DNA of 64,000 bases, taken from assembly GCA_963753595.1 (NCBI GenBank), contig CAVWCX010000007.1, positions 32,001 through 96,000 of the forward strand, given 5' to 3'. Below, piece by piece: positions 20,893 through 30,940 of this stretch. The translations under genes were made by a program, and so were the position numbers. Source of the stretch: Candidatus Methanoperedenaceae archaeon (GTDB taxonomy: Archaea; Halobacteriota; Methanosarcinia; Methanosarcinales; Methanoperedenaceae). Position 1 is the first letter of the stretch, and every line of letters starts with the position of its first letter. The notes beneath the pieces are model-generated. The model did not search any database and had not been told where the DNA came from. It was given only the letters and a program-made list of their open reading frames with translations.

Positions 20893-21351
20893 CTATACAA
20901 ACTCAATTGCGCCGGTTGGGCACGGGTCTATGCATGCATAACACAATACCCTGTTTTTCCCAAAGCGTCGGCATTCTTTGATATTCGAAGCAATGACTTT
21001 TCCGTCAACTACTTTGAAAATCACTTTATCATTTGTAGGGGCAGAGCCTTTACCTGCCCCATGCGGGTCATTTGCCACGTCAACAGGACATGCCACAACA
21101 CAATTTCCGCAACCGGTGCATAATTCAGGATGTACCATCATGCCCGTTTCTTCAGCTCCGGCAGTTGGCAAAAGTAGTGATTCAAGTTTCTCTTTTTGCG
21201 TTTTGAAATTCGCTTCAAGAAGAGGCGTACAATCTGCCACGTTCTTTTTTCTTCCCAGCATTGCGACCGCAAACGCCATGCAGGTGGATTCCCCGCATTT
21301 CTTGCAGTTGGTTCTGGGTAAGAGCTGGTATAGCTCCATAACTGTAACCAT
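20893..21351 (-). CDS. fwdG: FwdG-like ferredoxin with N-terminal FeS domain
   Basis: LPRTNCKKCG..TCMAFA, CTGCGNCVVACP, CIDPCPTGAI. Confidence 0.75.
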   Translation of the reverse strand: MVTVMELYQLLPRTNCKKCGESTCMAFAVAMLGRKKNVADCTPLLEANFKTQKEKLESLLLPTAGAEETGMMVHPELCTGCGNCVVACPVDVANDPHGAGKGSAPTNDKVIFKVVDGKVIASNIKECRRFGKNRVLCYACIDPCPTGAIEFV

Positions 21352-21455
21352 GAGTGGTGAATTGATTTTAATAAGGGATATAATTTATGGAATAATCATA
21401 TTGGAAATTAAAACTGGCTTTCATAATTATATCCTTAACTCTTAAACATGCTAAG

Positions 21456-22973
21456 TTAAAATACCTTGTAGGTCTGGACCCTCTCAAGAAGCATTCCTTC
21501 CACTATTATCGGATAATCCTTTTCTGCAGTTTTTAATGCATTTGTCAATTTCCAGCTCTTATCCGCAAAAATTGTTATTAGTGGTTCTCCTTTCTTCACC
21601 AGTTCACCCTTTTTCTTGTGTATCCAGACACCTGCTCCATTATCAGCGGGGGCGCCCGCGATCCTTGCAAGCTCAACAATACGCTTGTTATCGAACTCAA
21701 TGACATAACCATCAGCAGGGGACATAAGTTCTCCCCTGTGTTCTCCGGGTTTAATATCAGTATGAACAATATTCGGATTTCCGCCCTGGACTTCAATGAT
21801 CTGTTTGAGTTTTTCGAATGCTTTCCCCGAGCGCAGCGTCTCCAGGGCCATGTCCTTCCCCCTGCCTCTTGTAGCCACGCCCCCCATTTCAAGAAGAATA
21901 CCTGCAAGCCCTGTGCTCTTTTCAATAAGGCTGTTCGGACCCTGCATAGTTTCCAATACTTTCAACGCTTCTCTTACTTCAATTGCCGGACCAATGGTTC
22001 TTCCGACCGGTGATGCACCGTATGTCATGGCACATTCCACGCTCATCCCCAGACGCTCCCCAAGGTCTATCAAATCCCTTGCAAGTTTTTTCCCTTCTTC
22101 TATTGAGTGAACTTTTGTTCCGCTGCCAACAGGGATATCGATAACAACGCAATCCGCGCCAACGGCGCCTTTTTTAGCCATAATTGAAGCAAGAAGCTGG
22201 CAGCGCGGGTCTATTGAGAGAGGATATTCGGCGCGTATAAGCTTATCATCAGCAGGAGCAATGTTTGTAGCTCCTCCCCATACAATCACACCTCCAACTT
22301 TTTCAGTCATGGTCTTTATCTCATCTGCTGTGAATTCAACAGGCGCTAGTACTTCCATCAGGTCAGCCGTTCCTGCAGCGCCTGTTATTGCTCGTGAACT
22401 GGTCTTGGGTATGAGCAGGCCGTTCGCGGCGATGATCGGGACCACAAGAAGTGATATCTTGTTACCCGGAACTCCCCCTATACTGTGTTTATCCATGATG
22501 GGATGAGTATCAAACTCAATTTTTTCACCCGTATCTATCATAGCCCTTGTCATCCATTCAATTTCATCCGTGGTCATCCCGTGGATATAGGAAGTTGTAA
22601 CAAACGCTGACATCTCGATCTCAGTAAGATTCTCCCTGACAATGTCCTGGATTATCTGGCGGATCTCTTCCTGCGTTAATTTCTGATGATCCATCATTTT
22701 CTTTATGAAACCTACTGAATCCGGTTTTGATGCAGGGATAAGATCGATCGTAAGGGGACACACTTTTCCGAGCTTTTCACAGCATTCCTGGTATACTCCC
22801 ACAGTACCTTTTGAGATAATGTCGCCTGTTTCAACAATGGCCGTCAAATAACCGTGATTTTTTAACTGGACACGGTCACCGCCGCGAACACCGATCTCTT
22901 TTGCATCCTGTGAATTGATGACTACTTTATACTTACCTGCTTTGATCTTAAGTGATTGGACTTTAAGTTCCAT
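21456..22973 (-). CDS. AMP phosphorylase (thymidine phosphorylase family)
   Basis: DKHSIGGVPGNK, KTSSRAITGAAGTAD, GGATNIAPADD. Confidence 0.95.
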   Translation of the reverse strand: MELKVQSLKIKAGKYKVVINSQDAKEIGVRGGDRVQLKNHGYLTAIVETGDIISKGTVGVYQECCEKLGKVCPLTIDLIPASKPDSVGFIKKMMDHQKLTQEEIRQIIQDIVRENLTEIEMSAFVTTSYIHGMTTDEIEWMTRAMIDTGEKIEFDTHPIMDKHSIGGVPGNKISLLVVPIIAANGLLIPKTSSRAITGAAGTADLMEVLAPVEFTADEIKTMTEKVGGVIVWGGATNIAPADDKLIRAEYPLSIDPRCQLLASIMAKKGAVGADCVVIDIPVGSGTKVHSIEEGKKLARDLIDLGERLGMSVECAMTYGASPVGRTIGPAIEVREALKVLETMQGPNSLIEKSTGLAGILLEMGGVATRGRGKDMALETLRSGKAFEKLKQIIEVQGGNPNIVHTDIKPGEHRGELMSPADGYVIEFDNKRIVELARIAGAPADNGAGVWIHKKKGELVKKGEPLITIFADKSWKLTNALKTAEKDYPIIVEGMLLERVQTYKVF

Positions 22974-23262
22974 TTTTTAGTACCCTCATAATTTTATTTT
23001 ATTGTATCGATTTAGTATTTACCATACTTAGCATTATCGCTGATTGATCTGATGAAATACTTCTATTTAAAGTATCATTTAAAGTATCTGAATGTAAGTA
23101 TTGAAGTGATCATAATTGATTTTAGACAAAATAAAGCTTTATTGAACGTTTTCGAACTTTTATGAGTTAAAAAGAACTTTAAAATTCTATTTATACTGTA
23201 AAAATGCTTATATTATAACGCGTTAATCTAAATAATAAGCAAAAGGAATTTCGAGGTAAAAA

Positions 23263-24051
23263 ATGAATACTCTTAGAATAACGGTGACAGGATTGCTTTT
23301 GATCGCATTTGCCATTAATATTATTGGCGCTGCCCAGGAAGAGAAAGTATCACCGGATGAGCTTGTTGATGATATAGAGGAATATAATGGCTCAATGGGC
23401 CCTGATAATGTATTTTATGGATTGAAACTTGCATTTGAGAGGCTGGATGAAAGTTTCACATTTAATGAAACTGAAAAGCTTGATAAAAAAGTGTATCATT
23501 CAAAGCTTCGTATATCTGAAGCCAAGACCGAATTGAAAAAGAAGAACTATGAAGGCGCAAAGAAGGCTTTTGAAAATTATAAAGAGAAGACAAAGGAGAC
23601 TGAAGGATCTATTTCGGGCATCAAAGGAAATGACTCAGGAATTATCACTGCCCAGAAAATGGTGGAGAAACACCAGTATGTGCTGGAGAAACTTCTTGAA
23701 TCAAATCCGAATAATACCGGAATAAAAAGTGCCTATAATAATAGTGTTGAACTTGAAGATAAGTTCGAGGAAAAGACCAAAAAGATGCTTGAACGTGTTC
23801 AAACGAATGAAGGAAAACACTATTTAAAAGAAGTAAATCTGACAAAAGTCGACATTGAAGATGTTCTGGAAAAAAAGACCATTCAGGATAAAAAAGATTT
23901 AAATCAAGAAGAAATGGAAAAGAAATCAGAGGGAAATAATGCGGGATCTGAAGAAAATTCCGTAAAAAATATTGATAAAAAACCAGAAGATCATAATGCA
24001 CCAGAGGATCATAATGCAAGACAAGAACGAAATGATAAGAGAGAAGACTGA
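23263..24051 (+). CDS. Exported DUF5667-like helical protein
   Basis: Signal peptide; GPDNVFYGLKLAFE motif; charged tail with PEDHNA x2. Confidence 0.7.
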   Translation: MNTLRITVTGLLLIAFAINIIGAAQEEKVSPDELVDDIEEYNGSMGPDNVFYGLKLAFERLDESFTFNETEKLDKKVYHSKLRISEAKTELKKKNYEGAKKAFENYKEKTKETEGSISGIKGNDSGIITAQKMVEKHQYVLEKLLESNPNNTGIKSAYNNSVELEDKFEEKTKKMLERVQTNEGKHYLKEVNLTKVDIEDVLEKKTIQDKKDLNQEEMEKKSEGNNAGSEENSVKNIDKKPEDHNAPEDHNARQERNDKRED

Positions 24052-24184
24052 AAGGATATCCCAGAGGCAGGATCCTAAAGAGGATAGAAAAGACAGGTTT
24101 TTACCTATCTTTTTCTGGACCGATTAATTGTAAAATAAGTTAATATTACAGGAATAACAAATCTTGTCAATACCTGGAAATCTT

Positions 24185-25126
24185 ATGTCGTGCAAGATCC
24201 TGCATATTGCAATATTTTTGATACTTTCTATTTCAATAGCTGGAGCTGCACCTGATAATTATAAAGTAACATATACGATAAATATCCAGGAAAATGGTTC
24301 AGCTATATGGAATGTGGAATATCGTACCCTTCTTTCTACTAAAGAAGACTTTGATTCTTTTGAGAACTATTCTGCACAATTAAACTCTAAGTATCTTGTT
24401 GAATTCAAAGAATTAATGCAAAGGTCTGCCCAGGAAGCAGCTGTGGCGACAGCAAGGACAATGGTTGCCAGGGATTTTAATGGTAAAACGATAGTCCAAT
24501 CCACTCCCACAGGCAAGTACGGCGTGGTCCAATATACTTTTACCTGGACCAACTTTGCAAAGACAGATCAAAATATCAATGTTGGGGATGTGTTCGTGGG
24601 AGGACTTTACCTTTCAAATGATAATACCCTCATAATCCAGTATCCTGAAGATTATACAATTGAACAGGTAACGCCCCAGCCGGACCAGAGCCGGGATGAA
24701 ATGATATGGTACGGTCTTCGTTCCTTCAGCGCCGGAGAACCACGGATAATCCTTACAAAACCATCTTTTATCTCGACAACCGTGGTTATATTGGTCATAA
24801 TTGTACTATTTTTTGTTGGCGGAGTGTTCTATATAAAGAGTAAAAAAGAAGAAGAAAAGACATCTTCGGAAATAACATTTCCTGAAATAACATCTCCGGA
24901 AACACCTGTTACTAATATCCAGATCCCCGAAATTGAAATGATGGATGTGGAAGACAGGATAATGAAAATACTGAAAGAAAGCGGAGGGACACTTTACCAG
25001 TCCGAGATCGGAAGGCAGCTGGATCTCCCAAAATCAACAGTCAGCTCGGCATTGAATGAATTGCATGGTAAGAATCTTATCCAGAAGATTAAGAAAGGAC
25101 GTGAAAACCTGATCCGGTTAATATGA
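24185..25126 (+). CDS. Membrane-anchored protein with extracellular domain and cytoplasmic winged-HTH
   Basis: Signal peptide, single TM helix, C-terminal GG..YQSEI...L.LPKSTVS...GRENLI. Confidence 0.8.
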   Translation: MSCKILHIAIFLILSISIAGAAPDNYKVTYTINIQENGSAIWNVEYRTLLSTKEDFDSFENYSAQLNSKYLVEFKELMQRSAQEAAVATARTMVARDFNGKTIVQSTPTGKYGVVQYTFTWTNFAKTDQNINVGDVFVGGLYLSNDNTLIIQYPEDYTIEQVTPQPDQSRDEMIWYGLRSFSAGEPRIILTKPSFISTTVVILVIIVLFFVGGVFYIKSKKEEEKTSSEITFPEITSPETPVTNIQIPEIEMMDVEDRIMKILKESGGTLYQSEIGRQLDLPKSTVSSALNELHGKNLIQKIKKGRENLIRLI

Positions 25127-25138
25127 CTTATGCAGCGG

Positions 25139-25801
25139 TCAGAGAATTTTTAGCATGTTTTTCAGTTCGTCCACCCTTAATTGTCCCGGAGCTACAGGAA
25201 TATCAACATATCCGTAAGTCATCACAGAACCGTAAATAGGCGCCATGATACGGGAATGCTTTCCTGTTTCACCCATTGCGATCGTGCATACATGGCCGGA
25301 TGAATGCAATGTGACATCAAGCAAACGCAATACATCATCAAGTGAGTGAGGCATTACTGCAAGCTTGGCAATGTCCGCAGCTTTTTCAAATGATTCACTG
25401 ATAAAACCCGTCATTGCCTCATTATCCGGTGTATTCTGGAAATCATGAGTGGAAATTATGACTTTTTTTCCAGCATTTTTTGTTTCCTGGACTACCAGAT
25501 CTCTTTTTTCAGCGATTCGCTCAATATCAACGGCATCTGCATACGGTATTAACGATATCAATTTTCGGATGCGCCCTGTTTCGCTTCCTGGCCATGCTCC
25601 GCCTTCTTCCTTCATTCGATTGGTAATAATAATTGGCAATCCAAGCTTCTTAAGTTCTATGAGTATTTTGACAGGATCTTCACTGATCAGGTCTATCCGC
25701 AGCTCCAGGATATCAGCTCCAAGTTCTTTTGCCTTGATCGATGTATTTACCGGATCTTTACCGATCGATGCAACGACTGATCTATAAGTGGGGAACGCCA
25801 T
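25139..25801 (-). CDS. aroD: Type I 3-dehydroquinate dehydratase
   Basis: ELRID, EGG, ISTHDF..TP, KLAVMP, AMG..G..SR, APGQ. Confidence 0.93.
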   Translation of the reverse strand: MAFPTYRSVVASIGKDPVNTSIKAKELGADILELRIDLISEDPVKILIELKKLGLPIIITNRMKEEGGAWPGSETGRIRKLISLIPYADAVDIERIAEKRDLVVQETKNAGKKVIISTHDFQNTPDNEAMTGFISESFEKAADIAKLAVMPHSLDDVLRLLDVTLHSSGHVCTIAMGETGKHSRIMAPIYGSVMTYGYVDIPVAPGQLRVDELKNMLKIL

Positions 25802-25954
25802 GGAAGATATGATATCTTTAATATGTGATAAGGATTATGAAACCTGAAAAGGATTGTTCAGTCCTGAAAAGGATAAGGCCAAAGGTTTCAGGACTACACA
25901 GGATATGAGGATAATGAAAAAATTTATATGGTTTGAGGGAAATAAAAGAAATTG

Positions 25955-26233
25955 ATGAAGAGGGTACATGGAAAAATCATAAGAGCTGCTACAAGCCTTC
26001 TTCTTCCGGTGAAAAGGACCCGCACAGGTGAATGTAAAAGGTGTGGGGCATGCTGTATGTTCGTAATTAAATGTCCATTCCTTAAATTTGAAAATCACGG
26101 CTCAAATAAATCCATCTGTACTATCCATGGTTTAAGGCCCCCGCAATGCAGGAAATATCCGAGGGCAAAATGGGAAAAAGCGCATGAACCATGTGGATAC
26201 CATTTTATTGAAGAAATACATTGTGAAAACTAA
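25955..26233 (+). CDS. YkgJ-like CxxCxxCC cysteine-cluster protein
   Basis: CKRCGACC, CPFL, CTIH..RP.QCRKYP. Confidence 0.75.
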   Translation: MKRVHGKIIRAATSLLLPVKRTRTGECKRCGACCMFVIKCPFLKFENHGSNKSICTIHGLRPPQCRKYPRAKWEKAHEPCGYHFIEEIHCEN

Positions 26234-26329
26234 TTTGCCCTGAAAAATAGAGAAAAACATAGAAATGATATTTTTCTTTAAGAAAAAACTATTTAGGGCA
26301 AAAAAATAATTGAAATAGGAGGAAAAATT

Positions 26330-27031
26330 ATGGGGCTAATAGACAGAACAAGTACGATAATAAAAGCCAAGATCAATAAGATCCTGGGGAAAATCGAAGA
26401 TCCGAGAGAGACTCTTGATTATTCTTATGAAAAGCAGGTTGAACTCTTACAGAACGTTAAGCGCGGTGTGGCCGAAGTAACAACTTCAAAGAAGAGGCTT
26501 GAACTCCAGAAGATGAAACTGGAAGAGAATATCAAGAAACTGGACGACCAGGCGCGCGAATCTGTAAAAGCAGGAAGAGAAGACCTTGCCAGGATAGCGC
26601 TTGAGAGAAAAAGTACATCCCAGGCTGAAATCACAAGCCTGACTTCCCAGATAGTGGACATCAAGAACCAGCAGGATAAACTTGTTGCAACAGAAAAACG
26701 CCTGTCTGCAAAAATAGAATCATTCCGCTCAACAAAAGAAACAATAAAAGCCCAGTACAGCGCAGCTGAAGCCCAGGTCAAGATAACTGAATCAGTGAGC
26801 GGCATCAGCGAAGAAATGAGTGACGTAGGGATGGCAGTCCAGCGCGCAAAAGACAAGACCGAAAATATGAAAGCAAGAGCCTCTGCTCTTGATGAACTTG
26901 TGGAATCAGGAACATTGGAAGATGTCACCAGCGGGTCACAGGATGATATTGACCGCGAGCTTTCAAAGATAAAGTCAAAAGGTGATGTTGACACGCAGCT
27001 TGAAGCGCTCAAGAAGGAGATGGGAAAATGA
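26330..27031 (+). CDS. pspA: PspA/IM30 family protein
   Basis: IEDPRETL, long coiled coil, GREDLARIAL, ARASALDEL. Confidence 0.92.
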   Translation: MGLIDRTSTIIKAKINKILGKIEDPRETLDYSYEKQVELLQNVKRGVAEVTTSKKRLELQKMKLEENIKKLDDQARESVKAGREDLARIALERKSTSQAEITSLTSQIVDIKNQQDKLVATEKRLSAKIESFRSTKETIKAQYSAAEAQVKITESVSGISEEMSDVGMAVQRAKDKTENMKARASALDELVESGTLEDVTSGSQDDIDRELSKIKSKGDVDTQLEALKKEMGK

Positions 27032-27306
27032 TCGTAAGATTAATGGGAGAAGGCCAGTACGAACTTGATAAAAAGCATATGGATGAGGTCAATAAGATCG
27101 ATAATAACATAGTGAAGATCCTTCAAAAAGGAGACGAGTTAGTATTTAAGAGCGAATTTAAGAAACTTGCAGAATATGTCAAAAAGAATGGGAAAAAGAT
27201 ATCTGATGAAGTGATCAAGCCAAGTGAAATAATCATACCGCCATATGACCTGACGCTTGATGAAGCAAAGAGGATATTTGCAGGGGAAGGGCTTTTTCCA
27301 GACTGA
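27028..27306 (+). CDS. PspA-associated protein PspAA
   Basis: MIVR.MGEGQY N-terminus, PS.IIIPP.D.TLDE..., EGLFPD; coupled to pspA. Confidence 0.8.
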   Translation: MIVRLMGEGQYELDKKHMDEVNKIDNNIVKILQKGDELVFKSEFKKLAEYVKKNGKKISDEVIKPSEIIIPPYDLTLDEAKRIFAGEGLFPD

Positions 27307-27309
27307 TGA

Positions 27310-27750
27310 ATGGAATTGTTAATAAAACTGCTTACCGTATTGGGATTGGGAGCATTTGAGTTATGGATAGCTGTCCCCGCCGGTTTTGCGCTGGAACTCA
27401 GTCCGTCCGTGACAGCTATCACGGCAGCCTCAGGTGGAGTGCTTGGCCTGCTTGTTATTTTGACCCTTGGTGAACGAATAAGGAACAAGCTGTTAAAACG
27501 GGTCAACAGGGAAGATAAGCGAAATAAGTATATTGATCGTATTTGGGATCGTTATGGGGTAGCAGGTTTCGGTTTATTTGCTCCCCTGCTTATCGGGGCC
27601 CCGCTTGGAACGGCGCTTGGTATTGCCCTGGGTGTTCCGGAAAATCGCCTTTTTTTCTGGATGAGCCTTGGGATCATCATTTGCAGCATTGGGCTAACGA
27701 TCGTTGTTGAATTTGGTTTGATGGGTTTTGAGTCATTAATGCATTCTTGA
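27310..27750 (+). CDS. Small multi-drug export-like membrane protein
   Basis: ELWIAVPAG motif; four hydrophobic segments. Confidence 0.7.
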   Translation: MELLIKLLTVLGLGAFELWIAVPAGFALELSPSVTAITAASGGVLGLLVILTLGERIRNKLLKRVNREDKRNKYIDRIWDRYGVAGFGLFAPLLIGAPLGTALGIALGVPENRLFFWMSLGIIICSIGLTIVVEFGLMGFESLMHS

Positions 27751-27792
27751 ACCACTGTGATATCTTTGTGTAAGAGAAAAGCATTTTTTTCA

Positions 27793-27860
27793 GACAGGAT
27801 TCACAGGATTTACAGGATAAACTATATAAATCGTATCCTGTCGATCCTGTAAATCCTGTC
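27793..27860. repeat. Palindrome built of 3 tandem ACAGGAT units (9-nt period) and 3 inverted units
   Basis: ACAGGAT at 27794/27803/27812; ATCCTGT at 27835/27844/27853. Confidence 0.9.
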
Positions 27861-28002
27861 AAATGGTGGATATTTAATCATTTTGGGTTGAAATTTGAAA
27901 AAACGAATTGTGATGAAAGAATATGCGAAAAATGAGATATGTTTTTCAGAATTTAGATAATATTAAATTATGACAGTCAAACCATCTGCGATCGGTGTAA
28001 AA

Positions 28003-28860
28003 TTATAATATTATCCATATTCCCGCTATCGTGGCTCCTGTTCCAAGCAGCAGCGCCATATTTAACTTTTCTTTTAATGTTACAAGTGCAATAAGGCTTG
28101 AGAGAACAGGGGTTATTGCCGCAAGACCTGTGGCTTTTGCCGCGCCGATAGCAGTAAGGCTCACAAAGAAAAAGTAACTGCCAAAACCCATGCCCACGAT
28201 CCCGCCAAGTCCGAGCAAAATATATGCTTCTTTCTTGAATTTAAATATGGTCTTTGCACCTTCATTCATCGAATAATAAAGGTATAATAACGCTAACGGT
28301 ATCGGCATACTGATAAGCGCTGACTGGAACGGGTCAACATCTTTTAAACCGGTCTTTGTTGCAACTATGGAAAATGAATACAAAAATGCCGCAAGAACCG
28401 CGACTGAAACACCGAGTTTAATGTTTTTCTCACCTGCCGAGCTTTTGCCCCTGCTGAGTATCCATATCCCGACTACTATCAAAACAGTGCCGATAACAAC
28501 TTCGGGACGGATTTTTTCTTTCAGGAGAAGAACGCTTAAAAGTATGGTCAGCAGTGGGAATGTGAACAGGATCGGGATGAACCTTGAAATTGAAATGTTC
28601 TCTAATCCTTTCATATATGCCGCTCCTCCCAGGATCAGCCTGAAGAGACCGCCAATGTTCAGGAATAAAAATCCCATCAGTGTAAAATCAAAATCTCCTC
28701 GCCTTATGATCAAGAATAGTACCAGCAGGAAAAGCATTGCAAAAAAAGTGCGTATGAGTACTGCAGGGATTGCGCCTGCTCCTATGCCTTTTTTATAGAA
28801 CACAGCTGCCATTGACCAGCAAATTGCAGCGGCCAGGGCATAGATTTCTCCTGATATCAC
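28003..28860 (-). CDS. DMT/EamA family transporter
   Basis: About 10 TM helices, duplicated EamA halves ending LLKEK and TLKEK. Confidence 0.9.
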   Translation of the reverse strand: MISGEIYALAAAICWSMAAVFYKKGIGAGAIPAVLIRTFFAMLFLLVLFLIIRRGDFDFTLMGFLFLNIGGLFRLILGGAAYMKGLENISISRFIPILFTFPLLTILLSVLLLKEKIRPEVVIGTVLIVVGIWILSRGKSSAGEKNIKLGVSVAVLAAFLYSFSIVATKTGLKDVDPFQSALISMPIPLALLYLYYSMNEGAKTIFKFKKEAYILLGLGGIVGMGFGSYFFFVSLTAIGAAKATGLAAITPVLSSLIALVTLKEKLNMALLLGTGATIAGIWIIL

Positions 28861-29021
28861 ACCGAGTTAATAGAGTCAGTTACTCTTATGTTTTATTGTT
28901 ATGATAGAGGAACTTATTTCGGGAAAAGATACTTCTTCATTTCGACTATCATTTCGACCACAAAATTAATCCAGTCAAAAACCTTTTTCTTAAAAAAATT
29001 TTCAAAAGGAGAGAAGGTATA

Positions 29022-30890
29022 ATGAAAAAATTTGTTATTATTTTCCTGGCATTACTTACATTTGTCCAGGTAGCTGCGGCACAGCCTATCGTGGATTATA
29101 TGCATATTAATGCCGATGTGAACAATGGCTATGCCATTACGACAGTGGAAGAAAAGCTGAGCAACCAACTGGACGTTCCTGCCAATGATGAATTCAAGTT
29201 CCTGATCCCTGAGGAGGCTTTTATATCAGGTTTTTCGCTCATGATAGAAGGTAAGGAATATGTTGCCGATGTGCTTCCTAAAAAAGAGGCACAGGAAAAA
29301 TTCGAGGAAGCAGCATCCCAGGGAAAATCAGCGGGGCTTCTGGAATCAAAAAATAAGAACATGTTCTCATATTCCTTGAGCTTTGAACCTGGACAGAGCA
29401 TTATTGTTCGATTGAAGTATGAGCAGGCTGTGAAAAAAAGTCTGGGCAAATTCGAATATGTGCTGCTCCTTCGTAATGTTGACTCAGTTAGTATAAATGA
29501 CCTTTCTGTTAACATGAACATTACATCCCTGAATGGAATTACAACACTTGAGACACCGGGTTTTGCGGGGGCGAATGTAAAATACAGTTCAACAACTTCA
29601 GGGAGAGTGACATACAGCGCAAATATGCTACCTGATAAAGACCTTACAGTCGTTTACACTATCAATAATCCACCTATTAACGGTGACATGCTGTTCTACA
29701 ATATGGGCGGCCAGGGTTATATGATGCATGTGTTCTCGCCCAACGAAACAGAGCTGGGAACAACAGCCCTTAACAAGGATATCATTTTCGTAGTGGACAA
29801 ATCAGGCTCTATGACAGGAGATAAGATCGCGCAGGTGAAGACTGTTTTCACGAAGATAATTTCTGACCTTCCTCCTGACGATCATTTCAATGTAATATTT
29901 TTCGACAGTACGATAAAAACGTATTCAGGCACACTAATGGAAGCGAACACGAAGAACAAAGAGGATGCGACAAACTTTGTCAATGGCCTGGGCGCTGGAG
30001 GCGATACGAACATCAACCAGGCACTGCTTGATTCTCTTGGTATGTTCGAAAATAGCAGTAAGCGTGTTCCCATTATAGTTTTCCTTACAGACGGGGAACC
30101 CACAGCAGGTATAACTTCACCATACGTTATAAGAAATAACATAAAGGAAGCGAACAAAGCACAGGTATCGATATTCGCCATCTCATTCGGTAACCAGAAT
30201 GAAGCAAACTATGATTTCTTAAAAGCATTAAGCCTTGAGAACTATGGTAAAGCGCAGAGGTTTTTCCTTGAAGGTAAAGTGGAAGAGGAGATGACTGATT
30301 TCTACAAGACTATCTCAACACCCCTTATCACTGACATGAGCTTCACATACAACGAAGTCTTTGACCTGGAGAAAACAGGCCAGACCAATCTTTTTGCAGG
30401 CTCTGACGCAATCGTGCTGGGTAAATACAGTGGCAGCACCATAACTTCTGATGTTGCAGCGACCACACGCACAGGTAGCAGAAATTTCAAGAAATCATTC
30501 CAGGTTGTTTCAAAGCCCGAGAACTCATTCATTCCAAGGCTCTGGGCATATACCAGGATAAAAAATATGATGGACAGGATTGATGTGGAAGGGGAAACCG
30601 ATACGCTGGTATCAGCAATAACGAATATTTCCCTGGAATTCAAGTTCGTAACATCTTATACTTCGCTTTTCGTGGAGGTACCCAGAAATGCAACAAATAC
30701 AACGGCAACTGCCATTGATACGAAACCTGAAACAATCACCGCTGCGCCCGTAGCGGCATATGCTAAACCAGTTGCAACTTCGGCAAAACCTCCACCTACA
30801 GTGCCTCCATCAGAACCTGGTTTTGGGATAATATTCACCATGATCGGATTGCTTTTCGTTAAATATCTAATCATGCATAAACGAAAATAA
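29022..30890 (+). CDS. Surface VIT + vWA domain protein with PGF-CTERM anchor
   Basis: Signal peptide, VIT domain (F.IPEEAFISGF), MIDAS DKSGS and FLTDG, C-terminal EPGF + TM + basic tail. Confidence 0.88.
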   Translation: MKKFVIIFLALLTFVQVAAAQPIVDYMHINADVNNGYAITTVEEKLSNQLDVPANDEFKFLIPEEAFISGFSLMIEGKEYVADVLPKKEAQEKFEEAASQGKSAGLLESKNKNMFSYSLSFEPGQSIIVRLKYEQAVKKSLGKFEYVLLLRNVDSVSINDLSVNMNITSLNGITTLETPGFAGANVKYSSTTSGRVTYSANMLPDKDLTVVYTINNPPINGDMLFYNMGGQGYMMHVFSPNETELGTTALNKDIIFVVDKSGSMTGDKIAQVKTVFTKIISDLPPDDHFNVIFFDSTIKTYSGTLMEANTKNKEDATNFVNGLGAGGDTNINQALLDSLGMFENSSKRVPIIVFLTDGEPTAGITSPYVIRNNIKEANKAQVSIFAISFGNQNEANYDFLKALSLENYGKAQRFFLEGKVEEEMTDFYKTISTPLITDMSFTYNEVFDLEKTGQTNLFAGSDAIVLGKYSGSTITSDVAATTRTGSRNFKKSFQVVSKPENSFIPRLWAYTRIKNMMDRIDVEGETDTLVSAITNISLEFKFVTSYTSLFVEVPRNATNTTATAIDTKPETITAAPVAAYAKPVATSAKPPPTVPPSEPGFGIIFTMIGLLFVKYLIMHKRK

Positions 30891-30940
30891 CCACGAATGA
30901 ATACACATATAAAAAGTGTATTCACTTCTTTCTATTTTTT

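Noticed and set aside
20881-20895. fwdG TAG stop is in frame with fwdB (possible pyrrolysine read-through fusion)
   Set aside because: The spacer TAGGAGGTTTTTATG is simply a Shine-Dalgarno; both proteins look complete and no pyl genes are in the window
23983-24018. 18-nt tandem encoding PEDHNA x2
   Set aside because: In-frame repeat in a low-complexity tail; ordinary
27793-27860. Short repeats as a possible CRISPR array
   Set aside because: Units are 7 nt with 2-nt gaps and half are inverted; no spacers and no cas genes
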